Position numbers and translations under genes: made by a program
Assembly: GCA_937873795.1 (NCBI GenBank)
Contig: CALMWE010000321.1
Location: 1-43,316 of the forward strand
DNA length: 43,316 nucleotides
Origin: an uncultured Bacillales bacterium
GTDB taxonomy: Bacteria > Bacillota_I > Bacilli_A > RFN20 > CAG-826
Reading direction: 5' to 3'
Shown: piece by piece, positions 17,664 to 26,304 of the stretch
Layout of the letters: each line of letters starts with the position of its first letter
Position numbering within the stretch: the first letter of the stretch is position 1
The notes under the pieces: model-generated
Databases searched by the model: none
What the model saw: only the letters and a program-made list of their open reading frames with translations
Told to the model about the DNA's origin: nothing

Positions 17664-18971
17664 TTATTTTCTTTCACGGCAGACAATCGTTATCGGGGTG
17701 CCTTCGAAACCGAACGTTTCTCTCAAACGGTTTTCAAGATACCGTTGATAAGAGAAATGCATAAAATGCGTGTCATTGACAAACAAGACAAAAGTCGGGG
17801 GTTTAATCGAGACTTGGTTGGCATAGAAGATTTTGATTCGACCGCCGTTAAAATACGGCGTAGGATTCAGGATTTGAGCATCTTGCATGATTTCATTGAG
17901 CGTTGAAGTCGCCACGCGGAGGCAATATCCGTCATAGGCGACGTCGATGCTTTGGAAAACCGTATTGATGCGGGAACGTTCTTTGGCCGAAACGAACACA
18001 ACCGGAGCATATTCCAAAAACTTGAATTCATCGCGGACTTTTTTGATGAAATCGCTCATGGTGTTATTTTCTTTTTTGACTAGATCCCATTTATTGACCA
18101 CGATGATAATTGCTTTTTTAGCTTCCATCGCATAACCGACGACGTGTTTGTCTTGTTCCCGAATGCCTTCGTTACCGTCAAGCACCAAAAGCACGATATC
18201 GCTTCGGTCAATCGCGGAAAGGGCACGGATGGCGGAGTATTTGTCGACCGCTTCATAGATTTGTCCACGTTTCTTTAAACCGGCCGTATCGATGACCACA
18301 TAATCTCTGCCTTCACGGCGGAAAGAAGTATCCACCGCATCACGGGTTGTGCCTTCAATATTAGACACAATGACACGGTCTTGATTGAGGATGGCGTTCA
18401 CTAAACTGGATTTCCCGACATTGGGGCGCCCAATGACAGAAAAACAGATTTGGCCTTCGTATTCTTTTTGCTTTTTATCTGGCAAAACCGCCACGATTTT
18501 ATCTAAAAGATCGCCAATACCGATGCCATGGACACCGGAAACGGGAATCGGATCGCCTAATCCCAAACCGAAAAATTCGGAGATGGAATCCGCTTTCGTA
18601 ATATCATCGATTTTGTTGACGACGAGCAAGACAGGCTTCTTAGCTTTATAAAGCATCTTGGCGACCATGCGGTCGTCCGCGGAGACGCCGATGAGTCCAT
18701 CAACAACAAAAACAATGATATCCGCTTCATTGATGGCAATTTCGGCTTGAGCCCTTATTTGTTCTTGGAAAGGATGGTCAGCGATTTCAATACCACCGGT
18801 ATCGATGACGCTGAATTCTTTGGTTAACCAACTAGCTTGGGCATACAAACGATCACGTGTTGAACCGGCGGTGTCATCCACAATGGAGTGGCGGGCCCCG
18901 ACGATACGGTTAAAAAGTGTCGATTTCCCGACATTGGGGCTTCCAACGATGGCAACGCTTCCTGAGATCAT
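17664..18971 (-). CDS. der: ribosome biogenesis GTPase Der
   Basis: Two G-domains (GSPNVGKS/DTGG/NKID and GRPNVGKS/DTAG/NKWD) plus KH-like end FGFEGTPI. Confidence 0.98.
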   Translation of the reverse strand: MISGSVAIVGSPNVGKSTLFNRIVGARHSIVDDTAGSTRDRLYAQASWLTKEFSVIDTGGIEIADHPFQEQIRAQAEIAINEADIIVFVVDGLIGVSADDRMVAKMLYKAKKPVLLVVNKIDDITKADSISEFFGLGLGDPIPVSGVHGIGIGDLLDKIVAVLPDKKQKEYEGQICFSVIGRPNVGKSSLVNAILNQDRVIVSNIEGTTRDAVDTSFRREGRDYVVIDTAGLKKRGQIYEAVDKYSAIRALSAIDRSDIVLLVLDGNEGIREQDKHVVGYAMEAKKAIIIVVNKWDLVKKENNTMSDFIKKVRDEFKFLEYAPVVFVSAKERSRINTVFQSIDVAYDGYCLRVATSTLNEIMQDAQILNPTPYFNGGRIKIFYANQVSIKPPTFVLFVNDTHFMHFSYQRYLENRLRETFGFEGTPITIVCRERK

Positions 18972-19642
18972 TTGACTTCACCCACTCCGGTTTTACGTTT
19001 GATGATGGAAAGAATCGTATTGACCACTTCTTCGACACTCATGAATGAAGTATCGATTAGCACCGAATCAGCAGCAGCTTTAAGAGGAGCAAATTCGCGG
19101 TGGGAATCGATGTAATCTCTTCGGCGAAGGTCTTCTTCGATTTCTTTGAGCTCACATTTAATGCCTTTTTGGATGTTTTCTTCATAGCGGCGGACCGCAC
19201 GGGTTTCCACTGAGGCGATTTGGAAAATTTTGACTTCGGCGTTGGGTAAAACATAAGTTCCGATATCTCTTCCGTCCATGACGACGGAACCTTTTTCAGC
19301 CATTTCACGTTGCAAATCAACAAGGTGCAAACGGATCGCTTTATAAGAGGCAATATAAGAAACATTGGAAGAAATGCGGGTTTCCCGGATAACATCGGTG
19401 ACATCTTCGTCGTTACAAAGTACTTTACCGCCGGGAAGAAGTTCGATGAATACTTCAGGGATCAGAGCACATGAAGCGGCTTCATTCTGAGGATCGACGC
19501 CTTTTTTAAGAACATAGTAGGTAAAAGCACGGTACATAGCGCCGGTATCGATATAAATAAAGCCAAGGATTGAAGCAACTCTTTTTGCGACGGTTGATTT
19601 TCCAGCAGCGGCTGGGCCGTCAATAGCAACACTGATTTTCAT
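18968..19642 (-). CDS. cmk: cytidylate kinase
   Basis: AIDGPAAAGKST, DTGAMYRA, VMDGRDIGT and RRDYIDSHR motifs; ATG 19642 with GGAGG RBS. Confidence 0.97.
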   Translation of the reverse strand: MKISVAIDGPAAAGKSTVAKRVASILGFIYIDTGAMYRAFTYYVLKKGVDPQNEAASCALIPEVFIELLPGGKVLCNDEDVTDVIRETRISSNVSYIASYKAIRLHLVDLQREMAEKGSVVMDGRDIGTYVLPNAEVKIFQIASVETRAVRRYEENIQKGIKCELKEIEEDLRRRDYIDSHREFAPLKAAADSVLIDTSFMSVEEVVNTILSIIKRKTGVGEVK

Positions 19643-20019
19643 AGTTTTTCTAACCTCCATAATAGAAGCGCGAGGGCAATCACCAAAGTAACGATGACAA
19701 CAATGGTCGCAATCGTTCCAATAATACTCCATCTACGATTTTTCTTATCCTCTAACGCAATTTGTTCTTCGGAGAGAAAGAATTCGTCATTGGTAATCTG
19801 AGTATGGGTTTTAATGAGATCGTCTATCGGAATATTGACCGTTCCCCGAGTAATCGTATCGGTCAATGGGCGTCTATCCGGAAGTGCCTTTTCGCTTGAT
19901 GTTTTCGATGAAATTTGAGGGCTTGAAGGGGGCAAAACCGTCGATTCCTGCGCGTCGCCCAAATGATCAATTTCATCACGAAGTTTTTGATATTTTTGGA
20001 CGCGGGAATTTTGGGCCAT
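19639..20019 (-). CDS. hypothetical protein with a single C-terminal TM helix
   Basis: AAAGAGG RBS, ATG, 4-bp overlap with cmk, hydrophobic C-terminal stretch preceded by KKNRR. Confidence 0.75.
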   Translation of the reverse strand: MAQNSRVQKYQKLRDEIDHLGDAQESTVLPPSSPQISSKTSSEKALPDRRPLTDTITRGTVNIPIDDLIKTHTQITNDEFFLSEEQIALEDKKNRRWSIIGTIATIVVIVTLVIALALLLWRLEKL

Positions 20020-20116
20020 AGGTCAATCCTCTTTCACGTCCTATATTCTAAATGAAATTAGAATAAATTGGTAGTACGAGATTACACTTTCGGAGGTCTT
20101 TTTTGGGGATTTGTTG

Positions 20117-20145
20117 TTGCAATATTTGACCCTGTTTTATATAAT
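20117..20145 (+). promoter_or_regulatory. sigma-A promoter for ferredoxin
   Basis: TTGCAA-N17-TATAAT, followed by a GGAGG RBS. Confidence 0.75.
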
Positions 20146-20169
20146 GCAAGTGTTATGGAGGAAATAATC

Positions 20170-20364
20170 ATGGCAAAGAAAGTTAGAATCAACAAAGATA
20201 ATTGTATCGGATGCGGTTTATGCAACGCTACCGTACCCAGTGTGTTTGAATGGGATGACGATGGAAAAATGAAAGCCGTTGTCAATGTCGTTCCCGCTGG
20301 AGAAGAAGATGCCGTTGACGGTGCCGCTGCTGATTGCCCCACCGCCGCTATCGAAGTTGAATAG
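20170..20364 (+). CDS. fer: monocluster ferredoxin
   Basis: CIGCGLC...CPTAAI; 64 aa from ATG 20170; convergent with ribU as in Bacilli. Confidence 0.93.
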   Translation: MAKKVRINKDNCIGCGLCNATVPSVFEWDDDGKMKAVVNVVPAGEEDAVDGAAADCPTAAIEVE

Positions 20365-20366
20365 CT

Positions 20367-20395
20367 AAAAAAAACTCGGTTTTGCCGAGTTTTTT
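20367..20395. terminator. bidirectional terminator fer/ribU
   Basis: A run-CTCGG-ttttg-CCGAG-T run between convergent genes. Confidence 0.85.
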
Positions 20396-20397
20396 CT

Positions 20398-21156
20398 TTA
20401 GATTTTTTTGCAGATGACGACTTCGGTTCGCTTATAAATGAGGAACGTCACGATAATTACCGCTGCATCCTTCAAAAGATTGAAGGGAAGAATGCCATAC
20501 AAGACCATCGTGTAATGAATATCGGTGATGTTGGGGTTGGCTACTTGAGCAATGCTCAATAAAACAGCTTCCGGAAGGTTATAGAAGAAAACATAGAAGT
20601 CGATCATAAAGAACATGTTTCCCAAAGAACTGGCGATCAATTGGCAAAGGGTACCGACGGCAAAGCCGAACCAAGCGCCTTTCATCGTGCGGTTCTTTTT
20701 GTATATCAGAGCCGCAGGCAAAATGAAGGCACTGCTATAAAGTAAATCGGCTAACTCGCCGACACCGGCTGTACTGGTCATCGGAAGTTTAATTAATGTT
20801 TTGACTACAAGAATGAAGAACGATGTTAACGGTCCATAGGCAAAGCCGGCGATAAATACAGGGATTTCGTCAAAGTGGAATTCAAGGAACGAAGGGAAAA
20901 TGGCCACTTTGAATTGAAGCATCGGCATGGCATAGAGAATGGTTGCGATGCCACCAAAGATGGCGACCCGAGCAATCGTTTGCGTTGCCTTCCGTGTCGT
21001 TTCATTGGTTTTTGTTTTTGTATTGCTTTTCGATATGATTTGCCAAATTCCAAAGAAACCAAGAATATCGGCAACGATGGCAATAAGCATGCGTAAATCG
21101 CCATAAATCGAAGCAAATGATTCTGCCAAAGTGTGAATAACCGTGATATCCAACAT
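20398..21156 (-). CDS. ribU: ECF transporter S component, riboflavin (RibU family)
   Basis: FPSFLEFHFDEIPVFIAGFAYGP, GVGELAD and ILPFNLLK motifs; under an FMN riboswitch. ATG 21156 with GGAGAGG RBS. Confidence 0.88.
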   Translation of the reverse strand: MLDITVIHTLAESFASIYGDLRMLIAIVADILGFFGIWQIISKSNTKTKTNETTRKATQTIARVAIFGGIATILYAMPMLQFKVAIFPSFLEFHFDEIPVFIAGFAYGPLTSFFILVVKTLIKLPMTSTAGVGELADLLYSSAFILPAALIYKKNRTMKGAWFGFAVGTLCQLIASSLGNMFFMIDFYVFFYNLPEAVLLSIAQVANPNITDIHYTMVLYGILPFNLLKDAAVIIVTFLIYKRTEVVICKKI

Positions 21157-21185
21157 AATGCCCTCTCCTCTCGGCGGGGAAAATA

Positions 21186-21208
21186 AAAAGCCCCACAAAA
21201 ACAGGGCC
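21186..21208 (-). terminator. riboswitch expression-platform terminator
   Basis: Minus strand GGCCCTG-ttttt-g-TGGGGCT followed by TTTT, between the aptamer and the ribU RBS; several G-U pairs. Confidence 0.65.
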
Positions 21209-21219
21209 AGGCAAACGCC

Positions 21220-21324
21220 AACTTCTTCTATCCAGACTGTACTGTCGCCACTAGAATTTCACTAGTTCGTGCCGAAGCTCGCGGGGTATACCGCCGGTAA
21301 GGAATCACACCTAACCCTGAAGTC
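21220..21324 (-). ncRNA. FMN riboswitch (RFN element)
   Basis: Minus strand CTTCAGGG..AGGTGTGATTCCTTACCGGCGGT...CCCGCGAG...CTAGTGAAATTCTAG...CGACAGT..AGTCTGGATAGAAGAAG, matching the RFN P1-P6 layout. Confidence 0.95.
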
Positions 21325-21362
21325 AATTTTTATTATAGACCTCAAGGGCCATTAATCAATAT

Positions 21363-22091
21363 CTATCGTTTATTGTTTGCCTTTCCATGCAGACAAAGTG
21401 CTTTCATGCGTTCAATTTCCGCCATTTTCAAGGGGCGGTATTGTCCGACTTTGACCTCTTTGACATCCAAAAAAGCGATGTGGGAACGATGAAGATTTTT
21501 AACCAAGTAACCCAAATGTTCAAAAATGCGACGCACTTCGCGGTTTTTTCCTTCGTGAATCGTAATAGTTAAAAAACGAGGCCCTTTTATGACTAATTCT
21601 GCAGGCGCGGTCATTCCATCTTCTAATAAAACGCCTTTTTCGATCTGAACTTTATCGGCCTCGTTAAAATCCTTATCGATTTCCACTTGATAAACTTTCG
21701 AAAGATTTGCAGACGGGTGCATCATCAAATTAGCAAGCTCGCCATCATTGGTAACGACCAAAGCGCCGGTCGTGTTGTAATCTAATCGACCTACAGGGAA
21801 CAAACGCGCCGGTATGTCCTTAAAATAATCGACAATCGTCCGTCTGTCGCGATCATCTTTGACCGTGGAAACAGTGCGAGGAGGTTTATTCATCAAAAAA
21901 TAATATTTTGCCTCAAAAGAAACCAAAGTTCCATCCACCTTGATTTGATCAGTCGGGTTCACTTTGGTGCCAAGGGTGTTAACGATCACCCCATTAACTT
22001 CAACGCGATTCGTTAAGATTAATTCTTCGGCTTTTCGACGTGAACAAATACCGGCTTGCGCGATGTATTTTTGAAGGCGTAAATCTTCCAT
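21363..22091 (-). CDS. rluB: rRNA pseudouridine synthase (RluB/RsuA family)
   Basis: S4 domain RLQKYIA.AGICSRRKAE, PVGRLDYNTTG and EGKNREVRR motifs. Confidence 0.9.
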   Translation of the reverse strand: MEDLRLQKYIAQAGICSRRKAEELILTNRVEVNGVIVNTLGTKVNPTDQIKVDGTLVSFEAKYYFLMNKPPRTVSTVKDDRDRRTIVDYFKDIPARLFPVGRLDYNTTGALVVTNDGELANLMMHPSANLSKVYQVEIDKDFNEADKVQIEKGVLLEDGMTAPAELVIKGPRFLTITIHEGKNREVRRIFEHLGYLVKNLHRSHIAFLDVKEVKVGQYRPLKMAEIERMKALCLHGKANNKR

Positions 22092-22922
22092 TTATTTTTC
22101 CAACTTTTCTAAAAATAATTTCAATTCATTTTCCGAGGAAAATGTAAGGGTAATTGATTTCTTGGTTAATTGAACCTGAGAATTGTATTTTTTGGAGAGG
22201 AATTTTTCTTTGAGCGCAACCGATGAACTGCTCTTGTAACGGGCCACCATTCTTTCGGTTGTTCTGACTGACAAATTTTCCTTCATAATCTTCACCACAA
22301 ACTCATTCACGACTGATTCCGGAAGGGTCGCTAACGATTTGGCATGCCCATATGAGAGTCTGCCCCGGCTAACTTCGTTTAGAACGTGTTCGGGAAGGTT
22401 CAACAATCTCATCGTATTGGTGATTTGAGATCGTGACTGGTGAGTTAAATCCGCCAACGATTGTTGAGTGTAGTGGAAATCCTTGGTCAAGTGATTGCAA
22501 AGAATAGCAATACCCACTGAGTTCATATCGCGATTATCCCGCATGAACGCCAATAACATAACCAACATTTCTTCGTCGCTAAAATCACGAATAATCACAG
22601 GGACTTCTTGAATGTTGAGTTCTTTGGCAACAAAAAGTCTTTTACGGCCAAGGACAATCTCGAAATGGTCCTTTTTAGGACGCACGACTAGAGGAGTGAT
22701 GATTCCGTTACTAATAACAGATTCATGAAGGCCGCGAAGGTCTTCTTCACTGATTTTGACGTTTTTTAAAAAGGCATTGTCATCAATGAGCTTGGTTGGC
22801 AATACTTTTGCATTCGCATTGGTATATTCGGTTTCCATTTTGACGATGACGTCATTTTTGGAAAACTTTTTGAGCAGCGTGCTCAAATTTTGTTTGATGA
22901 GTTTTTGTTTATCGTTCTTCAT
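22092..22922 (-). CDS. parB: ParB/Spo0J-family protein with degenerate CTPase motifs
   Basis: ES...GIITPLVVR, VPVIIRD and HTH TQQSLA...SRSQITNTMRLL..LP...LSYGHAK; follows parA. ATG 22922 with AAGAGG RBS. Confidence 0.85.
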   Translation of the reverse strand: MKNDKQKLIKQNLSTLLKKFSKNDVIVKMETEYTNANAKVLPTKLIDDNAFLKNVKISEEDLRGLHESVISNGIITPLVVRPKKDHFEIVLGRKRLFVAKELNIQEVPVIIRDFSDEEMLVMLLAFMRDNRDMNSVGIAILCNHLTKDFHYTQQSLADLTHQSRSQITNTMRLLNLPEHVLNEVSRGRLSYGHAKSLATLPESVVNEFVVKIMKENLSVRTTERMVARYKSSSSVALKEKFLSKKYNSQVQLTKKSITLTFSSENELKLFLEKLEK

Positions 22923-23679
22923 GATCCATGACCTCTTTAGCAAGGCTTAGATAAGCAAGGCTTCCTGAAGAAGTGGGGCGATATAAAGTTACCGGAATTC
23001 CACGGGCACTCGCTTCCGGGAGTGAAATGTTTCTCGGAATTTGAGTCAAAAATGTGTTTTCCTTAAAGAGGCCACGGACTTGCGTGGTGATTTCGGTTCC
23101 AAGACGGGTTCTGGGGTCATACATCGTTAATAGGAAACCCTCAATGCCTAGGTCAGGGTTGTAGCTGGATTGAATTTTACTGATCGACGCCAAAATTTGG
23201 GCAACCGCCTCCATAGCAAAATATTCACATTGCACAGGAATCAAAACGGAACTCGAGGCAACCAATGCATTAATATTCAAAAGGCCAAGCGAAGGGGGAC
23301 AATCAATAATCATATAATCGTATTCTTTTTTCAAATTTGAAAGCGAGTTTTTTAAAAGAAAGAAAGGTTGGTTGGTGCGGTTGATCATTTCCGACTCAGT
23401 GGAAGCCAATTTAAGATTCGCCGGAAGTAAATCCAGGTTTTTCATGGCGGTTCTGCGGATAATTTTGTTAATATCAGCATCTTTAGTCAAAACATCATAA
23501 ACGCTTTTTGCAATCAACGTAATATCAGTTCCAACTCCTCGCGAGGAGTTTCCTTGAGGATCCATGTCAATGAGTAAAACACGACGGTTAAAATGAGCTA
23601 ACGAAGATGATAACGAAATAGCGGTGGTTGTTTTCCCAACGCCGCCTTTTTGGTTCGCTATTGCTATAATCCTCGCCAT
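22909..23679 (-). CDS. parA: ParA/Soj ATPase
   Basis: NQKGGVGKTT, DMDPQGN, IDCPPSLG, PVQCEYFA and IPRN..L.EA motifs. Confidence 0.95.
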   Translation of the reverse strand: MARIIAIANQKGGVGKTTTAISLSSSLAHFNRRVLLIDMDPQGNSSRGVGTDITLIAKSVYDVLTKDADINKIIRRTAMKNLDLLPANLKLASTESEMINRTNQPFFLLKNSLSNLKKEYDYMIIDCPPSLGLLNINALVASSSVLIPVQCEYFAMEAVAQILASISKIQSSYNPDLGIEGFLLTMYDPRTRLGTEITTQVRGLFKENTFLTQIPRNISLPEASARGIPVTLYRPTSSGSLAYLSLAKEVMDHEER

Positions 23680-23699
23680 ATCATCACTCCCATTTTGAA

Positions 23700-23708
23700 A
23701 TTATATCA
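23700..23708 (-). promoter_or_regulatory. extended -10 promoter upstream of parA
   Basis: Minus strand TGaTATAAT in the rsmG-parA gap, followed by a GGGAGTGA RBS. Confidence 0.6.
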
Positions 23709-23729
23709 TAATGGGCATTTATCCAAAAA

Positions 23730-24434
23730 CTAAAGAGGATTCTTTTTTATCTTTGCGTACATACGCGGGTATTTTCGAGGGGTAGGTTTATTTTTACGAA
23801 TAAAGAGATTGTTACGAATATCGCCATTGGAGAACAACGTGCAATGTTGTACTTTTTCAAGACTTGAAAAAAGCGTTGTCAAAGCTCGTTTTGAAAGGGC
23901 CATTTCTTCTTCAGCACTTGGTCCTTTCATGGCAATAAATAGACCGCCATTTTTTACAAGTGGTAAGGAGATCTCGGACAGGATATTCAAGGGAGCAACC
24001 GCACGAGCAATCGCAACATCATAGAACTCTCTTTTTGAAGTCACAATATCTTCAGCACGCCCGTTGATGACTTCTAGATTGCCTAGGGCTAATTTTTTAC
24101 GGACTTCTTCAAGGAAAAGGCAACGTTTCTGTGTGGGTTCCAATAAGGTGACATGGAGGTTTGGAAAGGCGATTTGCAAGGGAATTCCTGGCAAACCTGC
24201 CCCAGAACCAATATCAATCAGTGCTTGATTGGTGAGTTTTAGACCGAAAGAAACGAGTAAAGAATCATAAAAATGTTTTTCAATAATCTCTTCGTCGGTT
24301 TTCAACGCAGTGAGGTCAATTTTTTGATTCCATTCCGTCATCAGCGCTAAGTACTTTGAAAACAATTCAATCTGTTGTTCATTGAGAGGAAGGCCCTGGT
24401 TTTCAAGCTGTTTTTTCATGATTAAAAGGTTCAT
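23730..24434 (-). CDS. rsmG: 16S rRNA m7G527 methyltransferase
   Basis: EWNQKIDLTA, KHFYDSL, DIGSGAGLPGIPL, GRAED, ARAVA and TPRKYPR motifs. Confidence 0.97.
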   Translation of the reverse strand: MNLLIMKKQLENQGLPLNEQQIELFSKYLALMTEWNQKIDLTALKTDEEIIEKHFYDSLLVSFGLKLTNQALIDIGSGAGLPGIPLQIAFPNLHVTLLEPTQKRCLFLEEVRKKLALGNLEVINGRAEDIVTSKREFYDVAIARAVAPLNILSEISLPLVKNGGLFIAMKGPSAEEEMALSKRALTTLFSSLEKVQHCTLFSNGDIRNNLFIRKNKPTPRKYPRMYAKIKKNPL

Positions 24435-26302
24435 GATTTGCCTCCTTTGCGAAGGTGCAACACAAGAATTGAAATATCGCTTGGATTGACACCCGAAATC
24501 CGGCTGGCTTGCCCAATCGTCAAAGGACGGATCAAAGCCAATTTTTGACGTGCTTCCAAAGCGAGTCCATCCATATGAGCGTAATCAAGATCTTGGGGCA
24601 ATAAGAGGGTCTCTAGTTTTGCCAAATGGAGCGCCTCTTTCTTTTGCTTTTCGATATAGCCTTCGTATTTTACAATAATTTCTAATTGTTCAATCGCGAT
24701 TTCATCCAAATCAAAGGATGCAAGTTCCGGAACGAAATCTCGGATAGCGGAATAACGGACATCTGGACGACGAAGCAGTTCAATGGCGGAAGTTCCCCCT
24801 TGAAAATCGGAGTAACCGAGGTTTTGCACGAAATTTTTAATAGCTTTAGAATTACTGAGATGCTTTTTTTCGAGGACTTCAATGACTTTTTGAATATCGT
24901 TTTTCTTAAGTTCAAAAGATTGATGTCGTTCTTCATTAATCAAGCCAATCCGATAGCCATGTTCGGTCAAACGCAAGTCCGCGTTGTCATGGCGCATCAA
25001 AAGGCGATACTCTGCACGTGAGGACATCAGACGATAAGGTTCTTTGGTTCCTTTGGTCACGAGGTCGTCAATCATTACACCGATATAAGCTTCATCACGG
25101 CGAAGGATGAGTGGGGGAAGTGAACGAAGACGTAAAACGGCATTAATCCCTGCCATCAAACCTAAACCCGCCGCTTCTTCATAACCCGAAGTTCCAATAA
25201 TTTGTCCAGCGCAGTAAAGGCCCGGCCATTGCTTTAATTGAAGGGTCGCATCCAGTTGGGTAGGAATGACCGCATCGTATTCAATCGCGTAGGCATATTT
25301 GAGAATGACTGCATTAGCCAATCCTGGAAGAGAGCGTACCATTTGGTCTTGAACATCCGTAGGCATGGAGGTTGAAAACCCTTGGAGATAAATAGAGTCC
25401 GTCATTTTGGATTCCGGCTCCAAGAAAAGTTGGTGCCGTTCTTTATCCGCAAACTTGACGATTTTATCTTCGATACTGGGGCAATATCTTGGTCCGATTC
25501 CAGTTACACATCCGCCATACATCGCGGATTTGCTGAGATTTTCGCGAATAATCCGGTGAGTCTCTGCAGTGGTGTAGATAAGGTAGCAAGGTTCTTGTTC
25601 TTGAATGGGTTTGAAGGTTTTCGTGGTATAGGAAAAGGCAAGATTTCCTTCCGTACCGTATTGGGGAACGGTCTTAGAAAAATCGATCGAATCCCTTTTA
25701 ATTCTTTGGGGAGTCCCTGTTTTGAGACGGAAGAGTTTTATTCCCATGGAAGCCATATACGGTGAAAGACCTAAGGAAGGATTTTCGCCATCAGGGCCCG
25801 CACTACGAGAAGTATGGCCAACCAAAACCTTGGATTCCATATAAGTTCCGGTCGTTAAAATTACCGCACCTGAAGTGTATTCGGTCCCGTTGTCCATCTT
25901 CACGCCAAAAACTTTTTGGTCGTCATGAAGCAAAGCGACAACCATTCCTTCGATGACTGTCAGGTTTTCAGTCGAGAGAACCAAAGATTGCATATAAGCC
26001 GGATACGTTTTCTTATCCGCTTGGCAGCGTAGGCATTGAACGCCAGGTCCTTTTCCGGTATTCAACATTTTCATTTGCAAGTATTCATGATCAGCACCAA
26101 TGCCCATCATTCCGCCTAAAGCATCAATTTCACGAACGACAATGCCTTTTGCAGAGCCCCCAATCGATGGGTTGCAAGGCATATTGGAAATCATTTTGAT
26201 ATTGAGGGAGATTAAAAGAGTCTTTGCCCCCATATGGGCAGAGGCCATACTTGCTTCGACCCCGGCATGTCCGCCGCCAACGACAATTACATCGTAATTC
26301 AT
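24431..26302 (-). CDS. mnmG: tRNA uridine-5-carboxymethylaminomethyl synthesis enzyme MnmG (GidA)
   Basis: GGGHAGVEA, MPCNPSIGG, RLKTGTP, GPRYCPSIEDK, GTSGYEEAAG and SRAEYRL motifs. Confidence 0.98.
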   Translation of the reverse strand: MNYDVIVVGGGHAGVEASMASAHMGAKTLLISLNIKMISNMPCNPSIGGSAKGIVVREIDALGGMMGIGADHEYLQMKMLNTGKGPGVQCLRCQADKKTYPAYMQSLVLSTENLTVIEGMVVALLHDDQKVFGVKMDNGTEYTSGAVILTTGTYMESKVLVGHTSRSAGPDGENPSLGLSPYMASMGIKLFRLKTGTPQRIKRDSIDFSKTVPQYGTEGNLAFSYTTKTFKPIQEQEPCYLIYTTAETHRIIRENLSKSAMYGGCVTGIGPRYCPSIEDKIVKFADKERHQLFLEPESKMTDSIYLQGFSTSMPTDVQDQMVRSLPGLANAVILKYAYAIEYDAVIPTQLDATLQLKQWPGLYCAGQIIGTSGYEEAAGLGLMAGINAVLRLRSLPPLILRRDEAYIGVMIDDLVTKGTKEPYRLMSSRAEYRLLMRHDNADLRLTEHGYRIGLINEERHQSFELKKNDIQKVIEVLEKKHLSNSKAIKNFVQNLGYSDFQGGTSAIELLRRPDVRYSAIRDFVPELASFDLDEIAIEQLEIIVKYEGYIEKQKKEALHLAKLETLLLPQDLDYAHMDGLALEARQKLALIRPLTIGQASRISGVNPSDISILVLHLRKGGKS

Positions 26303-26304
26303 GA

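Noticed and set aside
23719-23727. TTATCCAAA as a DnaA box or origin marker upstream of parA
   Set aside because: A single one-mismatch box with no cluster and no dnaA nearby.
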